The position numbers and the translations under genes are program-made. Of a DNA stretch of 64,000 nucleotides, positions 51,046 to 62,725 are shown one piece after another. Origin of the DNA: Scenedesmus sp. PABB004 (Eukaryota); contig JABVCE010000011.1 of the NCBI GenBank assembly GCA_014905635.1, forward strand, positions 1,178,001-1,242,000, read 5' to 3'. Position 1 is the first letter of the stretch. Each line of letters starts with the position of its first letter. The notes under the pieces are model-generated. The model saw only the letters and a list, made by a program, of their open reading frames with translations. It was not told the DNA's origin and searched no databases.

Positions 51046-51536
51046 GGTTGCTGTGGTGGGGAGGACGGCGGTCGGGCTAGCTGGGAGTGGCAGGCATACG
51101 GGAACGGCGCCGCAAGCGAGACGGTGCGCCCGCTGCTGCTGGCTCTCGATGCGCAAAGCCACGAGCCCGCTCTTGTAGCTCGCTGGTGGACCACAGCAAG
51201 TGATGCGAGTGCCGCTGGGCTGCGGGGGCGTCGGGATTTCAAGAGGTCGGGCGACAGCTGCCTTTGTGACCGTTGGGGAGGGCGCGTGGCCGCCGCGCAG
51301 CGACGTCGAGCGCCACGACGACCGCGCCGTGACGTCCCCGGCGACGCCTGCACTGCTCGCACGGCTCGCGCCCGGGCGCCGCCGCTGCCGGCGCCCCGCC
51401 CAAGGCGCAGGGCTTTGTGTGGCGCTTGGCCGGGCGCATGCACTGTGGGTCGCTCTGAGATCACTCCGGCAACAACGACCGGGCGGCGCGACCCGGCCGA
51501 CGTGCTGTGCAGCGGGCGCGCCAGAGCGCCGCGTGC

Positions 51537-53518
51537 ATGCGCCGCGTCGCGCCGCTGCCGCCGCCGCCGCGGCTGTCCCACGACGCTGCTGTTCAGCCCA
51601 TGCGCGCTCTGAGATGGCAGTGCGCTCGTTCCCTGCGGCCGCCCGTCGGAGCGCAGCGGCGGCGTGCGCCGCCGCGCGCGTGCAGCGCTGCCAGCACTGC
51701 TCCGCCCGGCAGTGCTGGCAGCAGCAGCAGCCCCGGCAGCAGCCCAAGCAGCAGCCCCGGCAGCAGCCCGGCAGTCAGCTGGCTGCAGCGCCTGGAGCGC
51801 GGCGACGGCGCGCCGCCGCCAGCGGCGAGCGGCCCGAGCATCGTGACGCGCATCCTCTCGCAGAGCGACGCGCTCCAGCGCGCGTTCAGCAGCGCCGCCA
51901 GCGTCGGCAGCGATGACGGCAGCGACGCCGGCAGCAGCCCGGATCGGGCCGACGGCCCGAGCAGCAGCGGCAGCAGCTGGGGTCCAGGACCGCCGCGCGC
52001 CCGCGCACCGAGCGACGCCGCGGTGGCGGCCGCCGCGGCGGCGGTGCGCGCGGCGCTCCACGGGCAGCGCGTGGCGCTGCCGCGGGGTTTTGCCGTCCCG
52101 GCCGCCACGACCGTGCCGGCGTACCAGCTCGTCGGCGTGCTCCGGGCGCACCTCGGGTGCCCGACGCTGCCGCAGGCGGCGCGCTGCAGCAGCGTCGAGG
52201 CCAAGTGGGGCGTGCTGCGCCTCGCGGCCGCCGCGGCGCGCGGGCGCGGCGAGCTGGCGGCGGAGGTGGACGCGCTGCTGGACCGCGTGCTGCTGCCGGT
52301 CGCGGCGCGCAAGCTCGCCAAGGTGCGCGGGGAGGCGGCCGGCGGCCGCGCGCGCCGCCACCGGCCCTGCCCCGCCGCCGGCCGACCACGCACCGCGCGC
52401 CGCCCCCTGCCCCCTGCCCCCGCGCCCAGGTGCTGGCCAACCCGGCCGTGCCCGCTGCGAACAAGCAGGGCGCGCGGGAGCGGCACGACGCGCTGCGCGC
52501 GCGGTGCGCCGCCGCGCTGACGGCGTGGGCCGTCGCAGCCGCGGCGGGGCCCGCGTTTGCGGCGCTCGGCCCCGCGCTGGAGGCGGTCGGCGCGGCAATG
52601 GCCGCCTCGCTCGCCACGGGCGCGGCCGCCGGCGCCGCCGCCGCCACCTCTGCCGCGGGCAGCCAGTGCAGCGGGCGTGTCATGGAGGCGGCGGCGCTCG
52701 CGAGCCTGCGGCGCGCGCTGCCGCGCGGCTGGGCGCTGCTGCCGAGCCTGCACCTGCTCGGCGTCGACGGCGCCGCGTTTGAGGGGGTGCAGCCGGGCTG
52801 CAAGTACGAGGCTGACATGGTGGTGCTGGACGAGGCCGGCGTCGGCGTGGCGGTGGTGGAGGTCAAGCTGGGCGCAGCCAACCCGGTCATGACACTGTGC
52901 TCGGACGCGGGCGCGCTGCTGCGCCTCGTCGACGGCGCCGCGGGGCGCACGCTGACCGCCATCACGCGCGCGCCGCTCGAGGGCGGCGGCGGGGGCGCCG
53001 CCGCCGCGCCGGGGCCGGCGCTCGCGGCCGCCGCGGCCGCGGCCGCGGCGGCCGGCGGCGGCGCCGGTTCCGCGCTCGCCAAGGCCCGCGCGGCGAGCGC
53101 GGCCGCGCCGTTCGCGGCGCCCGCCGCGCCGGGGCGTGCGTGGACGACGTGGCACGTGCCGGTGCACCCGCAGTGCCTGCCCGTCTACGTGCTGGGCAAG
53201 GGCATCGGCCCCGCTGAGCTGGCCAAGGGCGCCGCCTCGCTCGTGGACAGCTGTGCCCTGAAGCTCATGGCACGCTCGCCCGCCGACGCGGCGGCCTGCC
53301 TCGCGCCCGCCGTCGCGGCGGCGGCGGCTGCCGGCGCGGGCGCGCCGCCGGTCAGCAGCCGCGTGCCGCTGGCGCTTGGGCCCGAGCAGCGCGCCCTGAT
53401 CATGGAGCAGCTCTGCGCGCGCGTGGAGACGCTGCAGCGGTGCCTCATCTTCAGCCTGGCTGCCACCGACGGCGGCGCGGCGCACGAGGCAGGCGCCGGC
53501 GTCGCGCCGGCCGCGTGA
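51537..53518 (+). CDS. Hypothetical protein with a NERD-like PD-(D/E)XK nuclease motif (start uncertain; intron about 52323-52429)
   Basis: GRVMEAAAL...GWALL...KYEADMVVLDEAGVGVAVVEVKLG. Confidence 0.6.
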
Positions 53519-53807
53519 GCGCGCCGGGCTGGCTGCCGGCGGCCGCGCACGTGTGGCGGCGAGCAGCGGAGCGTGCACTGTGCCGAGGGCGCCGCCTGGC
53601 CCCCTCGGACGCGCGGCGGCTGGCTGGCTGCGAGCGACGCGCTGCCGCCCCATGAAACGCTCTCGGGTGGTGTTGCTCTCAGGTCGTGCCCTCCGCACGC
53701 GACGCGCCGCGCCCGAGCTCTCTCGCGTCGTCGCCCAAAACTGCGCCCCCGCCCGCCCGCGCCGCTGCGCCTGCAGCAGCCCCGCGCGCCCCCGCTCGCC
53801 CGCTGCA

Positions 53808-54901
53808 TCACTGCTGGCGCGCGGGCAGGCCGGGCATGAGCGGCGGCAGCACGTCCTTCTTCTCGCCGCCGCCGCGGCCCGCGCCGCTGCCGTCGCTGAT
53901 GAGCTGCACGTCGACGCCCTGCTTGGTGGGCATGATCCGCGCGACGATGCCTGACGTCGCGCGCGGCGGGCGCGTCGGCCACAGGCGGGCGCGTCAGCCA
54001 GAGGCGGGCGACGAGCCCACCGCCGGCGCCGCCCGCAGCCCGCCAGGCTGCGCGGGCCGGCCGGCGCGCACAAAGCGCGCCCAGCGCGCGCACCCGGGCC
54101 GAAGAAGCTCTGGAACTTGGGTTGCCGCTCCTCCCAGATGGACAGCTCCAGCTTGGACTCAAACTCCAGCGTCAGGCAGTACGCGCCCTGGAGCGCGGCG
54201 CGGCGCGGCGCGCGCGCCGGGCGTCAGGGCGGCGCGCTGCACCAGGGCCCGCGCCCCGGCGCGCCCGCGCGGACCGCGCGCTCGGCGGCCGCGCAGCGCC
54301 CCGCCTCTGCCGCCGCGCCCCCCGCCGCCGCCCGGCGCCCGGCGCACCTCCACGACCTCCTCGCGCAGCCCCCTGAGGCGCGGGCACATCTTCTTGGGCG
54401 GGTTGCCCTGCCGGCCGAAGCGCCAGATCTTGTCCAGCGCCTCGTCGAGGTGCTGCTCGTCACCATACCTGCGCGCAGCATGGCGTGGCAATGGCGGTGT
54501 GGGCGCGGCATACGCGTCACCGCGCCGCGCGGCCCCGTTGCACGCCGGCGGCGCCGCGCCGCGCGCGCCCTGCGCGCGCGCGCGCGCCTGTAGCGCGTCG
54601 TGTCCTCGCGTATCTGCTTCTGTATGTCGGTCATCTGGCTGCCGCGCAGCTCGTACGCGGCGCGCGTCGTCGCGCAGGGCACGGGCTCGAGCTGCGCGTA
54701 GCTGAGCGCAAAGCCGAGGATGGACATGGGGAAGCCGTAGATGAGGAGGACGGAGGAGATGTCTGTGCCGGGGAGCAGCGTGAAGTAGGCGCCAAAGCCG
54801 TAGACCATCAGCCCCAGGCCCAGCGGCGTGAGGATGGAGCCGTAGGAGATCTTGGTGATGCTGAACTCCGAGTCGGGGACGAGCTCCGCGCCCGGGCCCG
54901 A

Positions 54902-54939
<38 letters not shown>

Positions 54940-55390
54940 GCGCGTCGGCGTCGGCGCCGGCCGCGCGCGGCGCGAGGGGCGCCGCGCGGCGGCTGCTGCG
55001 CGCGGGCGGGAGAGGGGCGGGAGAGGGGCGCGGCGGGGCGCGGGTGAGAGGGCGCGGGCGCGGACCGGCAGGGGGAGAGGCCAGCGCGCGCCGCTGCGAG
55101 AGCAGCGCCGCGGCAGCGCCGCTGCCGCTGCCCGCCGCGCCGCGTGCGCCGCGCCGGGGGCCGCCCATTGGGCACGGATGCGGGGCCGCCGCGCCCGGCT
55201 CTCCACCGCCGCGAGCGCGCGCCCGCGGCGCGCCCGGGCGCGGCGCGGCAGGCGGCGAGCGCGCGGGGCCCCACACGCACCTGGGGCGCGCCAGCGCCGC
55301 AGGCCGCAGCGCGCAGGCCGGGCTGCAGGCGCCCCGCACGCGCTGCGAGGTCGCCGCGCCCGACGCGAGGCCGCGCTGAGCCAGGAGCAT
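53808..55390 (-). CDS. APE1: DUF2854 thylakoid protein (APE1/slr0575 homologue); 5 exons
   Basis: Transit peptide; YGFGAYFTLLPG, LIYGFP, ALSYAQLEPVPC, IREDTTRYR|YGDEQHLDEAL, FQSFFGPG. Confidence 0.9.
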
Positions 55391-56031
55391 GGTGGTGCTG
55401 GCGGGTGGGCGCGATGCGGCAGGCCCTGCGGGGCACTCGGTGTGCGAGGGACGCCGAGGCGCGCGCGGACGGGCGTGGAGAGGAGATGATTGGCTGGCGC
55501 GTCGCCGCACGCCGTGCGTCGCTCCTGTCACGTCGCTCCTGTCAGGGAGCGGAGCGGGCGACAGCAGGCTGGCCGGCGCGCGACGACGTGCTCAGCCGCT
55601 GGCGGCCGTGCCGCCCAGTGATCAACGACGTCGCCGAGCACGCACCGCACTCCCGACCAGCCCTCACGAGCCACAGCTCCCGCGCTCCCAGCCAGCCAGC
55701 GCGCGCCAAAGCCGAGGTGCGCCGTGCCGGCTCCGCGCCCGCCGCGCCCGCGCAGACCGACCCCCAGAGCTGCAGCCAGGGCGTCGCGACGCAGCGCCGG
55801 GCGAGCGGGGCAGCGAGCGCGCCAGGGCGGGCAGGCCGCGAGCCGCGCAACCACCGGCCGCGTGCACTCGCGTCGCGGCCCGGGCGCCCCACGCGCGCGT
55901 CGCGACAGCTCGGCGTGGCGCCCCTGGAGCTGGATCCGGCGGCAGCGTGCCCTCGTTGCGCCGCGGGCGCCGCGCCGCCGCCGCCGACCGGCGAACGCTG
56001 CCGCTCGCTGCCGCTCGCAGGGGGAGGCGCC

Positions 56032-58644
56032 ATGGCGCCCGCGGCGCGCGACAAGCGCTCCTACGCGCAGCAGTTTGCGGACCTGAAGGGCTGCACCGAC
56101 ATGTCCATCTTCAACACCGCCTACCCCAAGCCCGACCAGGCCGCGCAGGCGGCGGAGCCGGGTGAGGGCGAGCCCGCGCCGCGCCGCGCGGCGCGCGCCC
56201 CGCTTCATCAGTCCGCCCAACCCCGCTCGCTCTCTCTCTCTCTCTTCTATTTTCTCGCTGCTCACCCGCCCACGCTGCGGCCCGGGCGTGGCGTCGCAGG
56301 CGCGTACCTCATCCCCTTTACCGACGGCATCTACGCGCGCCGCGAGCCCCGCCCGCTGCTGTCGGTCGAGCCGACGACCATGTCCAAGGCCGCCACCGAC
56401 GCGCGGCTGCGCCGCATGTACCTGGAGCGCTACTTCGGCCTCATCGGCATGCACGCCGTCGCGTTCTTCGTGAGCGGCCCGCGCCGGGCGGCGGGGCCGG
56501 GCCGGGCCGGCGCGCGCGCGCGGCCCGACCCCCGCGGGCCTCGCAGCTGCTGACCTCTACCAGGCCCAGGCCGCCGCGCGCGGGCGCCGCTTCAGCGCAG
56601 CGCAGCTGAACCCGCCGCGCCGCCACCGCCGCCGCCGCCGGGCCGCAGGTGGCGCCGTTTTACTTCTCCTGGTCCAACCTCGCCCTCGGCATGACCGTGT
56701 GGTACTTCACGCACGCCATCGGTGCGGCGGCGGCGCTCGAGCGCGGCGGCGCCGGCAGCTTTGCCTCGCGCGCGCGCGCGCGCGCGCGCGCGGCGCTCCA
56801 CGCTGCGCTGCTGCAGCTGCAGCCCGCGCCAGCGCCCGACGCCGCCGCACGTGCCGCCGCCGCCGGGGCGCGGCGCCGCAGGCATCTGCTACAGCTACCA
56901 CCGCCAGCTCACGCACCGCTCGTTCAAGACGCACAAGGCGCTCGAGTACTTTGCGGCCTGGCTCGGCAGCCAGGCGGCGCAGGGCCCGCCCATCGAGTGG
57001 TGCGGCGCGCCGGCGGCGCACGGGGGGCCCCCGGGGACCCCTGCGACGCTCGTGCGTGCAAGCGCGGGCGCGCCCTCACGCGCCGCCCGTTGCGTGCCGT
57101 GCCGCGCAGGGTGTCGACGCACCGCTACCACCACCTCCACACCGACACGCCCCTCGACCCCCACAGGCGCGGCGCGGCGCGGCGCGGCGCCGCTCGCCCG
57201 GCTCGGCGCGGGGCGCCATCCTCACGCCGCCGCTCCCCGCTCTTTCCCTCGCCGCGCGCAGCCCGTACGAGGGCTTCTGGTGGTCCCACATGGGCTGGTT
57301 CGCGGACGCCAAGGTGTGATCCCCGCGCGAGCGCGCTCGCGCGCGCGCGCGCCGCGGCGGCGCGGGGCCGCGAGGCCGCCCGCCGCCGACCGCCGACCGC
57401 CGCCCGCCGCCGCGCCGTGCGCCGCAGGCGGCGTGCGAGCGTCCGACGCTGGACCACAGCAACGTGCCCGACCTCACCTCGCAGCCCTTCTACCGCTTCC
57501 TGCAGGCCACCTGGTTCTGGCAGCTCATCGCGCGCCACCTCATCACCCAGGTGCGCGGCGGGGTTTAGGGTCTGTAAAAGCTGCGGGTCCCAAACCCCCT
57601 CAAGGAACCCTGGGAAGCCCCCAAGGCTTTGAGGCCGACGCCGCCCGCTGACGCCCGCCGCCGCCCGCAGTACTTCTTCGGCACGTCCGCCGTGTGCTGG
57701 ACGCTGGCCTTCCCCATCGTGTACGGCTGGGCCGTGACATTCTCCGTCAACTCGTGAGCGCCGCCGACACACAGCGCCGCCGACGCCGCCGCCGCCGCCG
57801 CCGCGCCGCTGGCCAGCGGGCACGCGCCCCCTGCAAGCCCGGCGCGCCGCCGACACCGCGCCGCGCGCCGCCCGCAGCGCCGCGCACCTGTGGGGCCGCC
57901 AGCCGTACGACACCGGGGGTGAGCGTGCGGCCGGCCGGCGGGGAGGGCGCGGCCGGCGCCGCGCGCGCAGGCCGGCCGCCGCCTCGTGCGCGTGCGCGGG
58001 CCCCAAACCCGCCGCCGCCGCCGCCGCCGCCAGACCTGTCGCGCAACAACTGGTGGGTCGCCCTGCTCGCCGCCGGCGAGGGCTGGCACAACAGGTGGGC
58101 CTCGCCTGCTCGCCCGCGCGCCGGCCAGCGCGGCGCCGGCGGCGGGCGCCGCGCCCCCCCCCCCTGCCGCGCCGCCCAGCTCCCGCGCGCCGCCCCGCCT
58201 GCCCCTCGGCGCCGCCGCAGCCACCACATGTATCCCTTCAGCGCGCGCCACGGTGAGAGCGCCGCCGCCGCCGAGGCTCGCGCGCCCGAGCGCGCGCGCA
58301 CAGACAGTGTTTGTCGCGCGTGCCGTCACCCAGCACAGCACCCCGGCCTGCGTGCTCGCGCTGCCGGCGGCGCGCCGCCGGCCGGCCCTCCCCCGACGCC
58401 CCCGCCTCGCCGCCGCGCCGCCGGGCGCCCCGCCGCAGGCCTCGAGTGGTGGGAGTTTGATATCACCTGGATGCTCATCCGCACCCTGGAGCTCCTCGGC
58501 CTCGCGTGGGACGTGCAGCTGCCGAGCAAGAAGCAGATCGCCGCGAAGCGCGCGCCGGCGGCCGCCAAGACGGCGCCGGCCGCCGGCGGCAAGCCCGCGG
58601 GCAAGGTGCAGCTGCGCGCCAAGCTCGTCATGCGCGCGGCGTGA
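56032..58644 (+). CDS. Acyl-lipid/acyl-CoA delta-9(7)-type membrane desaturase (ADS/FAD5 family); 12 exons
   Basis: His boxes YHRQLTHRSF, HRYHHLHTD, GEGWHNSHH; DPHSPYEGFWWSHMGW; SARHG|LEWWEFD. Confidence 0.95.
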
Positions 58645-59329
58645 GCCGCGCCTCGGGCGCGCGGCGCGAGCCGCCGGGGCAGCGCGGCGGCGCGCGCGTC
58701 GCCAACCAACGAGCGCGCGCTTGTCGGTTGAACCACGTTGGGCTTTTGATGCATTGGGGCGATGGGGTTGATGCACTGGGGCGGCGCGCCGCGAGGCGCC
58801 GCCTGCCGCTGACAGGTTGGCGTGTGCATGGGTGTTTCACGGGCAAACCTGTGCAGCAGCGCGCCCACGCGCGGGGAGGGGGAGGGCGAGGGGGAGTTGT
58901 CGACGGGCGCGCGCGCGGGCAGCGGCCGCCGGGGTGACGCCGCGACGGCGGGCGGCCCCCCGGAGCGGTGGAGCGGCGTGGCTGTGAAGATGCGTCTGCT
59001 GGGCACTGGGGCGCGGTAAGGCGCCCCCTCGCCTTTGCACGCGGCGGCGTCACACTCGCGGCGTCGAGCAAAGCCCCGGCGGCGGCGCGGAAGCGAAGTT
59101 CAGGGTCTCCCCGCGAAGCCGCCCCCCGCCATGTCACACCCGCGCACGCCGCCGCAGCCGCTCGGCGGGGGCTTCGCGCTGCCAGTCCGCGGCAGCTCTT
59201 CCCAGCCCCCCGCGGCCAGCACAACCCGCGCGCAGGCCCTCCGCTCGCCTCACATGGACGAGTGAAGTGGCGATCACCTCCCTGGCACCTGGCAGAGACC
59301 TGCAGCGCGCGGGGGCCGCGGCAGCGAGG

Positions 59330-61859
59330 ATGGCGAAGTCACCATGGCCCCGCGCCCTGCTGCTCGCGGCGCTGTCGGTGGCGGCGTTCATCTGGCTCAT
59401 CGGCACGCTGGACATGGACTCGGTGCCGAGCACGGGCAGGTGCGGCGGCGTGCGGCGGCGGGGCGCGCGGCAGCAGCGGCGCCGCCGGGCGCCCGCTCAC
59501 GCCGCGCCCGCATGGCGCTGCTGCAGGCGCCTGCTGGCGACGGCGGCGACGACGACCGGCAGGCGCAAAATCCAATGGGACGCCAAGACCATCTCGGCGC
59601 TTGTGCTGTCGGTCGTGGTGCGCGCCGCTGTGGGGGCGGCGGCAGTCGCGCACGCCGCGCGCGGCCTGCGGCACGTGGTGCCTTGCCAGCCTCGCCTTCG
59701 CCGCCGGCACCGCAGGTGTCGCTGCTGTCCACGCTCGACCGCGAGTGCGGCGCGTCGCTGTACCTCGTGCTCTTTGCGGTGCTGGTCGACCTGCGTGCGT
59801 GCCGGCCGCGCGCGCGCTGCCGCCGCCGCCGCCGCCGCCGCACCGCCGCCGCCGCCGCGGCCGACCCCTCCCCGCCGCGCGCGGCCGCCCGCCCGCCGCC
59901 AGCGATACGCAACGCGATGGCGCTGACGGCGCTGACGATCGCGTGCGGGTCGCTCGCGCCGGCGATCGCTGCGATGAGCGAGCCGCGCCTCACCGAGCGC
60001 GGCGTGCTCGCCCTGGTTGACTACCCTGGCGCGCTCATCCTGCTGCCCACCATGTTCTGGGGACTCTCCATGGGTGCGGCGCGCCGGCGCCGGCGCTGCG
60101 CGGACGCGCGCGACGCCCGCGGCGCGCGCGCATGACACCGCGCCGCCACGCCGCCGCCGGCGGCTCTGGCAGGCGTGATCGTCAACGCCTGGGCGGCCAG
60201 CTGGCTGCTGTCGCTGCTGTGGGTGCTGCTGATGGCGGCGAGCAACGCGGAGCTCATCTACAGCTACTCCAAGCTCATGCGCGTGCGCAGAGAGGCGGTC
60301 GCCATCGGGCGCCTCCTCGTCCCGCTGAGCGCGGCGATCGCGGACCGCGCCGTCGGCGCCGACGCCGCGCCGCCGGCCAAGGCGGGCGCGGCCGGCGGCC
60401 GCGGCGCGGACGCAGGCGCCGCCGACCAGGCGGGCGGCGCCGCCGACGCGGTGCTCGCGCTGCCGACGGGCGAGCTCGTCGCGCAGCGGCGGGGCCTGCT
60501 CGAGTCGCTCGCGGCGCTGCGCGCGCGCGCGCTGCACATTGAGGCCGTCGCGCTGCTTTACCCGGCGTTCCACCTCCCCGTGATGAGGGAGGTGTGGGAG
60601 GCCAACCACATCCACCTGGCCAGCGCCGGCGCGCTGCCCGCGCGCAGCGCGGCGAGCGCCGCGGTGCTGGCCGACGACGAGGCCGCCGGCGCGGCCGCGC
60701 TCGCGGCGAGCACCGGCCGCTCGCGCTTCACGTGGCGCTGGGGGCCGTGGTGGAAGCTGCAGGACCACTTCCAGCTGTCGCTGGTGCTCAAGGTCGTCGT
60801 GCTGCACCTCGTCACCGAGGCCTTCCGCCACAAGATGACTAAGCCCTGCACGGTGCGGTTCTGGATCATGCTCTTTGGCGTGACCGGCCTCGTGACGGCG
60901 TTCCTCATCTACACGGTCATCTGCTACGCCCGCAAGCGCCTGCACCGCGGCCCGCACTGGGCCGACGCGCGCGACGCCGCGGCGGCGGTCAAGAAGGCCG
61001 CCGCCGCCGCCGCGGGCGCGTCGGGGAGCGGCGCGCTCGCCGACGGCGCGGACGCCGGCGCCGGCGCGGGCAGCGACACCGCGGTCGTGGTCGAGGGCGG
61101 CGCCGGCGCGCCGCCGGCCCAGCCCGGCTGCTGGGCGCGCTTCAAGGCGCGCACGCCGTGGACGTGGGCGCCGGCGGCGTCCGCCGTGACCAACGTGAGC
61201 GCGTGCAACAGCCTCAACGAGCACCGCGGCTTCACCATCCCGGCCATGCTCGGCTGCGCGGCGGTGAGCCAGGGCATCGGCGTCGTCGCGACCGCGCTCG
61301 GCATGCCCGCGGGGCCGACCATGGCCTACCTGCTCCTCGGCCTCGGCCTCAAGCCCCACGTCGTCGCGGGGTCGAGCCGCTTCCTCGTCCTCTGCTTCTG
61401 GTGCGCCGCCGCTGCCGCGGCACAGCCCGCACCGCCGCCGCACCGCCGCCTGCCGCCGCCTGCCGCCGCCGCGGCCGCCCCCTCACGCCGCCCGCCTCGC
61501 CCGCGCGTCGCTCGCGTGGCAGCTTTGGCACGTTTGTGGCGTACATCATCGCCGGCAACCTTCACCGCCAGCTCGCGATCGCGTTTGCGCTGCTCAACCT
61601 CGGCCTCGCGCCGCTCGGCATGCTGTGCTTCCGCTGGCTGTGCCTGCCCGGGCACGTCGCGCTGCTGCTGAGCCTCGTCATGGGCCTGACGGGCATGATC
61701 GCGGTCGCGGTGTGGTCGCTCGTCCCGCTGCTCGCGGCGCTCGCGGGCACGGTCGACAGCCTGCCGCCGCACATGGGCCAGCACGGCGGCCTGCTGCGCA
61801 GCACGGCGGACTGGGGCAACACCTTTGACATCAACCGCTTCTGCCACGCCCAGCACTAG
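59330..61859 (+). CDS. Sulfite exporter TauE/SafE family membrane protein (divergent); 6 exons
   Basis: LVDYPGALILLPTMFWGLSMG|VIVNAWAASWLLSLL and LLLGLGLKPHVVAGSSRF resemble plant TauE/SafE repeats; multiple TM helices. Confidence 0.72.
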
Positions 61860-61866
61860 TGGCGTG

Positions 61867-61955
61867 GGCGGCGCGGGCGGCGGCGCGGGCGGCGGCGCGG
61901 GCGGCGGCGCGGGCGGCGGCGCGGGCGGCGGCGCGGGCGGCGGCGCGGGCGCGGG
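61867..61955 (+). repeat. 12-mer tandem repeat (GGCGGCGCGGGC) x~7 just after the TauE stop
   Basis: Seen directly. Confidence 0.85.
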
Positions 61956-62725
61956 TCTGAACGCACCGGCGGCACTCAACTGGGGCTTGGCTGGGCCGCC
62001 GTCCGCGGGTGGCGCTGCGGTTGGCGTTGTGCGTGTGCGCGCACTGGTCTCTCCGCAACACATGCAGCCCTGTGCCGCTGTGTGCGGCCCGAACTGAACG
62101 CGTCTGGTGTGGCGGCGCTATGTGGCAGTTCCCTGGCAACATCACAGAGGCATCTCGCGGCCCGCCCGCTGCGCGCGTCGCGCTCGCCGCCGGCGCCGCG
62201 CCGCGCGGCGCCAGAGCACCGGGTGCGGCGCCGCACCGAGGGAGCACCAGGCCCCTGCACGCTTGGGCCGCAGACGGCACGCTTTCAGCGCGAGAGTGAC
62301 CACACGACGCGCCCGACAGGAGCTCGCCAGCCTCGTCCAGGGCGCAGGGGTCCAGCGCGGGGCCGGCACCGGCTTCGTCACCGTGCCCGTCCCCCCCTGC
62401 TGCACCCATGCGCAGGGCGCGGCTCTGCACCCATGCGCAGAGCGCGGCTCTGTCCACCGCGCACGCGTCGCCGCTGCCACACGCACGTCGCCGCCGCTCG
62501 CTCGCTCGCGCCCGCGCACGGCAGAGCAGCGGCGTGTCCCGCGAGCCGGCGCCGCGCCTTCGAGCCTGGACGCAGGCCAAGGATCGCGGCGCGGCTGGCC
62601 CCCGCTGGTGCCGCTGCTCAACAACGCCCACGCGCCGCGCTCGCCGCCCTCCTGCCAGCGCGGCCCCGGGCCCACGGGCGGCGTCCACGCCGGGAGGAGC
62701 GTCGTGGGAGGCGTCGCGCGGGCCC

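Noticed and set aside
62400..62453. 25-nt direct repeat (CTGCACCCATGCGCAG.GCGCGGCT) x2, and similar short repeats at 58747-58783 and 31860-31960
   Set aside because: Simple local tandem duplications without spacers; not CRISPR-like
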